A stretch of DNA of 50,261 nt from Microgenomates group bacterium GW2011_GWF2_46_18 (GTDB lineage Bacteria > Patescibacteriota > Microgenomatia > UBA1400 > UBA12108): NCBI GenBank assembly GCA_001002415.1, contig LCMB01000002.1:3434-53694 (forward strand). The letters are read 5' to 3'. A program made the position numbers and the translations under genes. The notes beneath the pieces are model-generated. The model saw nothing but the letters and a program-made list of their open reading frames with translations, made no database searches and was not told the origin of the DNA. The stretch's first letter is position 1. Each line of letters opens with the position of its first letter. Shown one piece after another: positions 6,177 through 13,026 of this stretch.

Positions 6177-6291
6177 AAAACTCGCTTTACCTGCCTATAG
6201 GCAGGTCTAACCAAATGAGGGCTCCCAGATTACTGCGTATCTGGAGCCATTTCTCAAGTGCCTATGGCACTTGATGTGTACTCCACCCACC
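6177..6291 (-). ncRNA. Candidate chimeric small RNA / pseudo-tRNA: tRNA-His 5' end + twin-hairpin element + tRNA-His D-arm + terminal hairpin
   Basis: Has its own TATAAT box (6305..6310). 15 nt are identical to the tRNA-His leader plus 5' acceptor (6284..6298 vs 6131..6145). 14 nt are identical to the D arm (6206..6219 vs 6114..6127). Hairpins at 6254..6274, 6220..6248 and 6189..6206, then a T-run. No GTG anticodon loop, no T arm and no 3' acceptor strand. Confidence 0.45.
6220..6274 (-). other. Twin-hairpin element, copy 1
   Basis: Gapless 41/55 identity to 33928..33982, with four compensatory base-pair substitutions in the two stems. Confidence 0.7.
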
Positions 6292-6304
6292 ACGGTGCTA
6301 GAGT

Positions 6305-6310
6305 ATTATA
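6305..6310 (-). promoter_or_regulatory. -10 box TATAAT for the tRNA-His-like chimeric RNA
   Basis: RC of attata. Lies 13 nt upstream of the GGTGGGTG start and immediately after the stop of the 6311..6457 ORF. Confidence 0.45.
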
Positions 6311-6457
6311 TCAGTCCCGGGGTTTTTTCTGCAGGATTTCGTTGAGCTGTTGCATAGTTCTCGCAATCAGAGCTAGGCGTTCTTGGGGAGTAAGGTTCTC
6401 CGTTTTTAACTCTTCTGGTGTTTGGGGAGCTTCGTTAGTTGGGGTGAGTGGGTTCAT
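6311..6457 (-). CDS. Small hypothetical protein (48 aa), translationally coupled to the SLT gene
   Basis: My own translation: MNPLTPTNEAPQTPEELKTENLTPQERLALIARTMQQLNEILQKKPRD. Its ATG overlaps the upstream stop as ATGA (6457..6454). It falls below the ORF-track size cutoff. Confidence 0.4.
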   Translation of the reverse strand: MNPLTPTNEAPQTPEELKTENLTPQERLALIARTMQQLNEILQKKPRD

Positions 6458-7047
6458 GATAAATCTACCTCCATATTGGCTAGACTGTTATACCATTTAT
6501 CAAACTTGACGAGGTGGCCGGGGTGCGGGCGCTTGTAGGGAGAGCCGGTATTGTAGGCGGTAGTTAGCTCGACGGGATTAAGATCGGAGTAGTGATCAAA
6601 GTTACGTTTATGGTACTTGGCAATTAAATCAATGTTGGTGGCTGGGTCAAAGAGTCCTTCAGGTTTGCCCCGGTAGCCAATCCCCCGGGCAGTACCATAG
6701 AGAAGTTGGCCGAGTCCATAGCTAGCATCGTGGATCCGGGGTTCCTGGCGAATGGCGTAGGTGTCGCCGCCAGACTCCACCATGATAGTGGCAAAGATCA
6801 AATTGGGATCGAGATCGTATTCAGTCGCCGCCGCTTTTATCAGATGCCCGTAGCGAGCCCAGACCAGAGCTGCCCGCTCCAAGTCTGACTTGCCTTTGAG
6901 CTCGGCTTTGGTGAGGATAGGCGAGGTTGTGGTAGCTTGGGTGAGTGTGGTAGGAGTATTTAGAGTAGGCTGGGTAGTGACAAAGGCAATGGCCGCGGCA
7001 AGCGAGGAAGTATAAGCCTGGAATTTGGAGAGATCTAGTTTGCTCAC
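6454..7047 (-). CDS. Lytic transglycosylase (SLT domain) with N-terminal anchor and Thr-rich linker
   Basis: ATIMVESGGDTYAIR...SYGLGQLLYGTA matches the SLT catalytic Glu-Ser region. GTG start overlaps the PPIase stop as GTGA. Confidence 0.7.
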   Translation of the reverse strand: MSKLDLSKFQAYTSSLAAAIAFVTTQPTLNTPTTLTQATTTSPILTKAELKGKSDLERAALVWARYGHLIKAAATEYDLDPNLIFATIMVESGGDTYAIRQEPRIHDASYGLGQLLYGTARGIGYRGKPEGLFDPATNIDLIAKYHKRNFDHYSDLNPVELTTAYNTGSPYKRPHPGHLVKFDKWYNSLANMEVDLS

Positions 7048-7706
7048 TTCTCTAGTATAGCAATACTTTCGATTTTGACAGGGCTGACGGGACGGGAGTT
7101 CTCCTGCCCATCCTGAACGGTGGGAGCAGTGGCGATTTTGTTAACAGTCTCAATCCCTTTGGTAACCATGCCGAAGATAATGTAGTTAGGAGGGAGAGGA
7201 TAGTCGGCATGCATGATGAAAAATTGACTGCCATTGGTGTTGGGCCCGGCGTTAGCCATGGCGACTACGCCTTTTTTGTACTCACCGGTAAATTTTTCGT
7301 CTGGGAATTGGTAACCTGGCCCACCACTCCCAGTGCCGGTCGGGTCGCCACCTTGGATCATAAAACCGGGAATAGTGCGATGAAAGATCACACCTTCATA
7401 AAATTTCTCTTGGGCGAGAAAGACAAAATTGTTGGTAGTAACCGGAGTAGCGTTAGAAAGAATAATTTCGATCTCGCCAGCGGTAGTTTTGAGAGTGGCA
7501 TAGTAGGTTTTGCCTGATTGGGTAACTTGCTTAGCAGCAGTGTATTGTTTAGAGCTAGAACTTGGCATAGGTGTTTCTTTCGTTGTATTTAATAATGGGG
7601 AGGGACTTGGTGATGGACTGAGGGTAGTTGAGGATGGTTTGACCACTACCCAGGTTATAAGGGCTAGAACCAGAAGTGAAAGAATGATGTTGATAGTATT
7701 GTTCAT
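7044..7706 (-). CDS. Peptidyl-prolyl cis-trans isomerase, cyclophilin type, membrane-anchored
   Basis: FHRTIPGFMIQGGDPTGTGSGGPGYQFPDE and SQFFI cyclophilin motifs. Start trimmed to ATG 7706 (MNNTINIILSLLVLALI) because the longer ORF runs into tRNA-Leu. Confidence 0.85.
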   Translation of the reverse strand: MNNTINIILSLLVLALITWVVVKPSSTTLSPSPSPSPLLNTTKETPMPSSSSKQYTAAKQVTQSGKTYYATLKTTAGEIEIILSNATPVTTNNFVFLAQEKFYEGVIFHRTIPGFMIQGGDPTGTGSGGPGYQFPDEKFTGEYKKGVVAMANAGPNTNGSQFFIMHADYPLPPNYIIFGMVTKGIETVNKIATAPTVQDGQENSRPVSPVKIESIAILEK

Positions 7707-7710
7707 AAGT

Positions 7711-7796
7711 TGGTGCCGAGGGCGGGGATCGAACCCGCATGAGATTACTCTCACAAGTTTTTAAGACTTGAGCGTATACCATTCCGCCACCTCGGC
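7711..7796 (-). tRNA. tRNA-Leu (TAA), long variable arm, CCA encoded
   Basis: Acceptor GCCGAGG/CCTCGGC, anticodon loop CTTAAAA, T loop TTCGATC, 3' ACCA. Confidence 0.9.
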
Positions 7797-7805
7797 ATAG
7801 GCAAA

Positions 7806-7811
7806 ATTATA
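7806..7811 (-). promoter_or_regulatory. -10 box TATAAT for tRNA-Leu
   Basis: RC of attata. Lies 9 nt upstream of the tRNA 5' end and is divergent from the tRNA-Arg promoter. Confidence 0.45.
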
Positions 7812-7821
7812 CAACAAGCCC

Positions 7822-7830
7822 TGGTATAAT
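7822..7830 (+). promoter_or_regulatory. Extended -10 TGgTATAAT for the tRNA-Arg-Pro-Gly cluster
   Basis: tggtataat lies 9 nt upstream of the tRNA-Arg 5' end. Confidence 0.55.
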
Positions 7831-7839
7831 ACTCATAGC

Positions 7840-7913
7840 GCTCCAGTAGCTCAGTTGGATAGAGCACTTGCCTTCTAAGCAGGGGGTCGGAGGTTCGATT
7901 CCTCCCTGGGGCA
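7840..7913 (+). tRNA. tRNA-Arg (TCT)
   Basis: Acceptor GCTCCAG/CTGGGGC, anticodon loop CTTCTAA, T loop TTCGATT. Confidence 0.9.
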
Positions 7914-7919
7914 CTGAGT

Positions 7920-7992
7920 CGGGGTGTGGCTCAGATGGTAAAGCGCCTCGTTTGGGACGAGGAGATCCCCAGTTCGAGTCTGGGCACCCCGA
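7920..7992 (+). tRNA. tRNA-Pro (TGG)
   Basis: Acceptor CGGGGTG/CACCCCG, anticodon stem CCTCG/CGAGG with loop TTTGGGA, T loop TTCGAGT. Confidence 0.9.
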
Positions 7993-8026
7993 CAAGAGTA
8001 AGTGCGCGTGTTAAAATACGCTAGTT

Positions 8027-8100
8027 GCGGGTATAGTTCACCGGTAGAATGCGTCCTTGCCAAGGACGAGAAGGCGGTCCGATTCCGCTTACCCGCTCCA
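8027..8100 (+). tRNA. tRNA-Gly (GCC), CCA encoded
   Basis: Acceptor GCGGGTA/TACCCGC, anticodon loop TTGCCAA, T loop TCCGATT, 3' TCCA. Confidence 0.9.
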
Positions 8101-8102
8101 AG

Positions 8103-9428
8103 CTAGAAAAGGGGTTGGTGGGAGAGAGTGTAGGAACTGGTGTGGAAGAGAAAGACAGCGGGAGAATCTTCGAGCAGGAAGCGTTGAAAATCAAAATAGA
8201 TATCTTTCCGAAGTTTGGGATCGAGCGTGCGACGGCCATCCTCGAGGAGTTTGTCGACTTTGAGATTGTTATAGTGGGTAAAGTTGGTAGGCTGAGTACT
8301 ATGCCAGGTAGTGTACTGGTCGGGATCTAGCGGGGGAATAAAATCAACCAGGAGTAATTGAAAATCGTTGGTAATGGTAGTGACGACTTTGACGTCGACA
8401 CTAATTTGGAGAGTCTCGCGGAGATCGGCGGCAATTTTCTCGGCAATATCCAGATAAGAGAGAGTAGTTTTGAGCTCGAGAGTAATAGCGCTACTTCCTG
8501 CATCGGTAGTAAAAAGAGAGCGGGCCTTGACTGGATCATAAGTATAGTCTTTGACTAGATTGTTGTAGGCCCAAGAGGTAGAGGCGAGCGGTGATAGAGC
8601 CCGGGGATGACCAAAAGTTTTGTCGTTAATGGCATAGGCGATCCCCTGGCGGGTGGTCTTGCTCGAGAGGAGATTATCGTTCAGATTAAAGAAAAGCGCG
8701 GTCATGCGTTGGTTAGGAATTTCGGTTTGAATAAGAGCGGGATCACTCAGAAGATGGGGGGGGACACTGGTAAGGCCGATAACTTGGTCAATTTCCCCAA
8801 GGCGGAGAGCGGTTAAAGCACTATTTTCGGTGGGATAAAATTTGTAGACTTTCTTGAGATTAGTGCTAACCAAGGTTAGCGAAACGAGAAATCCGGAATT
8901 GGTCTGGGTTTTTTGGATACGGTACTCCCCTACCCCGAGTCGATTATTTTTAAGCAAGGGGTTGGTCACGGCCGCAATAAAGGGAGAAAATGGTTCCTGG
9001 AGGTGATAAATGATCGATTGATCTTTTGGTTCGAACGTTACGTTTTGGAAGTTGTAGGAAATATCGGCGGGAGTGACCGAACTACCATCTTGCCAAACAA
9101 GCTCGGAATCTAGGTGAAAAGTATAGGTTTTGCCATCAGGACTAATTTCGTAGGATTTGGCCAAACCTGGCTTAACCACTCCATCATAGTCGAGTTGGAC
9201 GAGGCCAAGACTAATTTGAGATTTGAGCGAGGTTGGGAGAGTGTCGAGAGTGTATTTGCCTATCAGGCCAATCCGCTCGATTTGAGTATAGGTCGGAAGA
9301 TAATGTTCAAGAATAAGATAGAGTGAAAGAAGGGCGAGAACGGTGAGGGTGGAGCGCACAATAATTTTGTAGTGGCGCCCTAGAAACATCTGGGTAAGCC
9401 AATAACTGCGACGCAGAGCTTTTAACAT
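8103..9428 (-). CDS. Solute-binding protein family 5 (peptide/nickel ABC-type SBP-like), N-terminal membrane anchor
   Basis: VWQDGSSVTPADISYNF resembles the family-5 SBP signature. Start trimmed to ATG 9428 (MLKALRRSY...) because the longer ORF overlaps secG. Confidence 0.65.
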   Translation of the reverse strand: MLKALRRSYWLTQMFLGRHYKIIVRSTLTVLALLSLYLILEHYLPTYTQIERIGLIGKYTLDTLPTSLKSQISLGLVQLDYDGVVKPGLAKSYEISPDGKTYTFHLDSELVWQDGSSVTPADISYNFQNVTFEPKDQSIIYHLQEPFSPFIAAVTNPLLKNNRLGVGEYRIQKTQTNSGFLVSLTLVSTNLKKVYKFYPTENSALTALRLGEIDQVIGLTSVPPHLLSDPALIQTEIPNQRMTALFFNLNDNLLSSKTTRQGIAYAINDKTFGHPRALSPLASTSWAYNNLVKDYTYDPVKARSLFTTDAGSSAITLELKTTLSYLDIAEKIAADLRETLQISVDVKVVTTITNDFQLLLVDFIPPLDPDQYTTWHSTQPTNFTHYNNLKVDKLLEDGRRTLDPKLRKDIYFDFQRFLLEDSPAVFLFHTSSYTLSHQPLF

Positions 9429-9441
9429 AGTAAGTAGATAA

Positions 9442-9642
9442 TTAAAAAGCGCTAATGACCGTGGTGGTGAGGAAGGCGATCGAGAGAATGATGGTGGTAG
9501 CAAAGAGGGATTTTTCGACGCCGCGTTTGGAGTGGTAGGAGGTAGAGCCAAATGCGCGACCCAGACCAGTGCCTTTGGCTTGGAGGACAATAACGGTAAT
9601 CAAAGCGAAGGATAAAATAATTTGCAGGATTGAAAGAATCAT
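9442..9642 (-). CDS. secG: Preprotein translocase subunit SecG
   Basis: 66 aa with two TM segments. LQAKGTGLGRAFG is typical of SecG. Confidence 0.75.
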   Translation of the reverse strand: MILSILQIILSFALITVIVLQAKGTGLGRAFGSTSYHSKRGVEKSLFATTIILSIAFLTTTVISAF

Positions 9643-10049
9643 GGCTCGCTCCGTAAAAGAAAGGTAATCAAATTATTAATCAGGGTCAGAGTAAGGGAGG
9701 TTAGGACGAGAACCCAGAAAAGAGAAAGATGGGCGGGGGGGAGAGCTAAAAGAGTTGAAGTGAAACCAGGGAACTGGTAGGGCGAGATCGTAATCGAGTT
9801 AGAGAAAATATCAAATAAATAGAGGGTAATCACATTGGCAATCCAGCCAAAAAGTCCGAGGGTCAAAAGATTAATGGGTAAAAGAAGCAGACGAATGATG
9901 GGGGCAATGAGTAAATTAAAGATTAAGAAAACGAGAGTCGCACTAAGGTAGGCTTGCCAGGTAGGGTCCAGCCGAACGCCCGCAATTAAAATCTGTACTA
10001 AGTAGAAACTGGCCATGGTGGAGAGCATTTTGACAAGCAGAGTACGCAT
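9639..10049 (-). CDS. Four-TM membrane protein, phage-holin-4-like (YvlD-like) family
   Basis: The hydrophobic pattern and LIAPIIRLLLLPINLLTLGLFGWIANVITL resemble PF04020-type proteins. Confidence 0.5.
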   Translation of the reverse strand: MRTLLVKMLSTMASFYLVQILIAGVRLDPTWQAYLSATLVFLIFNLLIAPIIRLLLLPINLLTLGLFGWIANVITLYLFDIFSNSITISPYQFPGFTSTLLALPPAHLSLFWVLVLTSLTLTLINNLITFLLRSEP

Positions 10050-10053
10050 AGGT

Positions 10054-11709
10054 TCATTTTAACGCTTTTACGACCAGAATACCAATCGAAAAAAGTAGAG
10101 CGAGCGCAGATGCAATCCCGAGTTTGACCTGAGTGGAGAGCCCTGAATGCAAAGGAAAAGTATGGGAAGCATAGGGCGGAAGATAGGGCAGCTGATAGGA
10201 ATTATCTTCGAGAGTGAGATCGCGGGGAGTTAGGGCGACGTTACCATTGTTGTAGACGGTGAGACCACTATTAGTTACGGAGTAAGTAAAGGATTCGTTT
10301 CTAGCGGGGAGTTCATCGGTGGGAGTAGCCTGAATGGACTGAGTGGAGGGAGAGGCTTTGTAGGCTCCGGCTGGTAAGGGGTAGTCATCTTCGAGCCCGT
10401 GGCGAACGAAAGCGATATGACTAAAGTCCAACTGATGGAGATAATCAATCCCACCGGTAGTTTGGCCCCAGGTAGGGTCTAAACTCAGCCAGCGGGAGCT
10501 AGGGGCATCATAGTATTCTGGCCAGGAGTGCAAAATATCGAGCGAAGTACCCTGAGGCTTTAAGGTAGGATTGGTGGTATAGGCAAAGCCATTAATTTCG
10601 CGAGCGGGAATCTCAAGTGAGCGGGCTAAAGCAATAAAGCTATCGGTAAACTCAGTACAGAGCGCGGTAGTTGGAGAGGTAAGTGCTTCGACGGCACCCA
10701 GGCGCCGATTATTTTTGCCCACCCGGGAATAATCGTAACTCATATAATCAATGAGATAGGTATAGATGTGGGCAGCCGTCTGGAGCTGGGCGGCGGTAGT
10801 TTGGATCAGCGAGTTTTCGGTAGGCCAAAAATTGGTAGAGTCGATGAGCTTGGGTGAATTGAGACTGGGATCAAAAAAGAGCGGAACTGGACTCACGACT
10901 GCAAAGAGTTCAACCGAGATTTCTTGGGTAGCGTTGGCGCCAAGTGAATAAGTGGCCAACCAGTTACCATCAGCATCGAGCCGGAGGCTAGAGGGTGGGG
11001 GATCAATTTGATGAAGAATTATTTGCTGGTAGGGAGTGTCAGGAGGAAGAGCAATCTCGGTTTGAGTCTGACTGAGCGTGGGGTTAGAGATGGAATAGGA
11101 GAGATTGAGTCGATAACTAGCCGTGTCGCCAAACAGAAGCGAAAGACTCTCGTTGGGGTGACCCTGAAAAATATAAATTTCTCCTTGATCACTCGTGGTA
11201 GTCTGGTCAGGATCTGGGGTAAAGTGATGTGGAAGATTGGCAAAACGAGGCGGGACTGTAACTTCGCGGGTGTAGTTTTGGTGTTCATTGGCCCGGCTCA
11301 TGCGCGGAATATTAAGGGCTAAATTGGGACCCAGAAAAGTGACCAAGTCAGGGGCGGTATATTGCAAGGTAAGCGTCTGAGTTTTGCCCAGACCAATATT
11401 GGGACGGGAGATCGTTAGGTCAATCGTGGTGGTCCCGTTACTATACTGAGTTTTGACTGGCAGAATGCCAGCTTGGTCGGAGGCAGTGATGTTGTGTAAT
11501 TGGTCGGAGGTTACGTGGACGGTGTAAATGGTTGGATAAATGTGGGCTAAATTATTGGTGATTTTGATCTCATGAGAAACGGTCGCATTACCAGATTCTT
11601 CGATCCGATAGCGCGAGAAGAAGGAAGTAGTAAATTCGGTGGCAGCTTGCACTTGGGGGGGAGAAAATAGACTCCAGACGAGAGACAAAAGTAAGAGAAT
11701 TTTTTTCAT
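10054..11709 (-). CDS. Transglutaminase-like domain protein, secreted with C-terminal TM anchor
   Basis: Signal peptide present. The Cys-His-Asp core context is ALCTEFTDSF ... HSWPEYY ... LSLDPTW. Confidence 0.7.
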   Translation of the reverse strand: MKKILLLLSLVWSLFSPPQVQAATEFTTSFFSRYRIEESGNATVSHEIKITNNLAHIYPTIYTVHVTSDQLHNITASDQAGILPVKTQYSNGTTTIDLTISRPNIGLGKTQTLTLQYTAPDLVTFLGPNLALNIPRMSRANEHQNYTREVTVPPRFANLPHHFTPDPDQTTTSDQGEIYIFQGHPNESLSLLFGDTASYRLNLSYSISNPTLSQTQTEIALPPDTPYQQIILHQIDPPPSSLRLDADGNWLATYSLGANATQEISVELFAVVSPVPLFFDPSLNSPKLIDSTNFWPTENSLIQTTAAQLQTAAHIYTYLIDYMSYDYSRVGKNNRRLGAVEALTSPTTALCTEFTDSFIALARSLEIPAREINGFAYTTNPTLKPQGTSLDILHSWPEYYDAPSSRWLSLDPTWGQTTGGIDYLHQLDFSHIAFVRHGLEDDYPLPAGAYKASPSTQSIQATPTDELPARNESFTYSVTNSGLTVYNNGNVALTPRDLTLEDNSYQLPYLPPYASHTFPLHSGLSTQVKLGIASALALLFSIGILVVKALK

Positions 11710-11730
11710 ACTGATAAGGATACCATGGGA

Positions 11731-11759
11731 TTGACATGCGGGGAATGTTCGGGTACAGT
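11731..11759 (+). promoter_or_regulatory. lexA promoter: TTGACA-17 nt-TACAGT, predicted leaderless
   Basis: ttgaca at 11731..11736 and tacagt at 11754..11759. The ATG at 11766 is only 6 nt downstream of the -10 box. Confidence 0.55.
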
Positions 11760-11765
11760 GAAACT

Positions 11766-12386
11766 ATGCCGATAACCTTGTATAAGAGACAGAAACAGAT
11801 TGTCGATTTTATTGGTCAGTATATCCAAAAGTTCGGGACTTCCCCTACCCTGCAGGAAATTGCCGATTCGTTGGGAGTGTCATCGTTGGCTACGGTGCAT
11901 GAGCATTTGCAGAGCTTAGCCAAAAAGGGAGTAATTAGGCGTTACGAGGGGGCAGTACGCGGATTGGAGCTACTGGATAGTAAACTGGGGCAGGCAATTG
12001 ACGGGATAGAACTACCTATTTTGGGATTTATTGCCGCGGGTTCCCCGATCCAACCCATGACGGACCCAAATGCCAGTTTAAAAGTGGCGTCGGCGATGTT
12101 ATCCGGGAAAAAGCGGGCCTTTGTCCTTCAAGTGCGGGGTGATTCGATGATTGAAGAGGGAATTTTGGACGGAGATTTCGTGGTGATTGAAGAGAAAAAG
12201 GAAGCCAGAGACGGGGAAATTGTGGTGGCATTACTCGACAATGGGTTGGCGACTTTGAAGAAATTTTTCCGGGAGGCAACACGAATTAGGTTAGAGCCGG
12301 CAAATAGTTCGATGAAGCCGATTTTCGCCAAGAACGTAACGGTACAGGGAACAGTGGTTGGACTTGTACGCCGATTTGGGCAATAA
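11766..12386 (+). CDS. lexA: LexA repressor (S24 peptidase)
   Basis: Winged-helix N-terminus. Cleavage site AAG in LGFIAAGSPI. Catalytic Ser in VRGDSM and Lys in ATLKKF. Start chosen at MPITLYKRQKQIVDF to fit the promoter. Alternative ATGs at 11736 and 11748. Confidence 0.85.
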   Translation: MPITLYKRQKQIVDFIGQYIQKFGTSPTLQEIADSLGVSSLATVHEHLQSLAKKGVIRRYEGAVRGLELLDSKLGQAIDGIELPILGFIAAGSPIQPMTDPNASLKVASAMLSGKKRAFVLQVRGDSMIEEGILDGDFVVIEEKKEARDGEIVVALLDNGLATLKKFFREATRIRLEPANSSMKPIFAKNVTVQGTVVGLVRRFGQ

Positions 12387-12393
12387 TAGACCA

Positions 12394-13026
12394 ATGCTTA
12401 CAGCCCTATTTGATTTTATTTTACATATCGATGTTCATTTGGGAGCGATTATCCAGACGTATGGAGGATTATCCTACGCGATTTTGTTTGCGATTATCTT
12501 TGTTGAGACTGGATTAGTCTTTTTCCCTTTTTTGCCAGGTGATTCATTATTGTTTGCGGCGGGAGCATTTAGCGCCATTGGGAGCTTGAGTTTGGGATGG
12601 GTCTTGGGACTAATGATGGTGGCGGCGATTATTGGAGATACGGTGAATTATTGGATTGGTCACTTTTTTGGGGAGAAATTGGTGGAGAATCCCAAAATTC
12701 CCATCAATCGGGAACATATTGAGGAAACTCAGCGATTTTTTGATAAGCACGGAGGGAAGACAATCATTTTGGCTAGGTTTGTCCCGATTGTGAGGACCTT
12801 TGCCCCATTTGTGGCGGGGATAGGGAAGATGAAATACGGCCAGTTTTTTTCTTATAACGTGATTGGGGGGACTAGCTGGGTTTTGATTGCCACCCTTGCC
12901 GGTTACTTTTTTGGGAATATCCCGTTTGTGAGAGATAACTTCTCCTTAGTAGTTTTGGGGATTGTAGGAGTTTCGATTGTACCGATGATAATTCCTTTGA
13001 TTAAAAAATGGATTAAGCATGAATAG
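12394..13026 (+). CDS. DedA family membrane protein
   Basis: ARFVPIVRTFAPFVAGIGKM is typical of DedA/SNARE-associated proteins. Start at ATG 12394, after the lexA stop. Confidence 0.75.
   Translation: MLTALFDFILHIDVHLGAIIQTYGGLSYAILFAIIFVETGLVFFPFLPGDSLLFAAGAFSAIGSLSLGWVLGLMMVAAIIGDTVNYWIGHFFGEKLVENPKIPINREHIEETQRFFDKHGGKTIILARFVPIVRTFAPFVAGIGKMKYGQFFSYNVIGGTSWVLIATLAGYFFGNIPFVRDNFSLVVLGIVGVSIVPMIIPLIKKWIKHE

Noticed and set aside
6177-6291. A second functional tRNA-His, or a tRNA with an intron
   Set aside because: Only the 5' acceptor strand and the D arm are present. There is no GTG anticodon loop, no T arm (GTTCRANYC) and no complementary 3' acceptor strand anywhere before the next promoter. 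It is kept as a chimeric RNA/pseudo-tRNA finding instead.
5922-6509. Plus-strand ORFs 5922..6200 and 6258..6509
   Set aside because: They run through the APH gene antisense, tRNA-His and the structured RNA region. They have no RBS and give implausible products.
7707-7754. Longer N-termini given by the ORF track: PPIase to 7754, SBP to 9590, enolase to 16662, gatA to 49373, PMM/PGM to 22144, polymerase to 42699, atpB to 32362
   Set aside because: The extensions overlap a tRNA or the upstream gene, use TTG/GTG codons, or add non-homologous residues before well-conserved N-termini. Internal ATGs adjacent to the upstream stop codons fit better.
7807-8239. ORFs 7807..7995, 7875..8063 and 8021..8239 (minus), and 8049..8330 and 8057..8263 (plus)
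   Set aside because: They lie across the tRNA-Arg/Pro/Gly cluster or antisense to the solute-binding protein gene. The tRNA cloverleaves account for the sequence.
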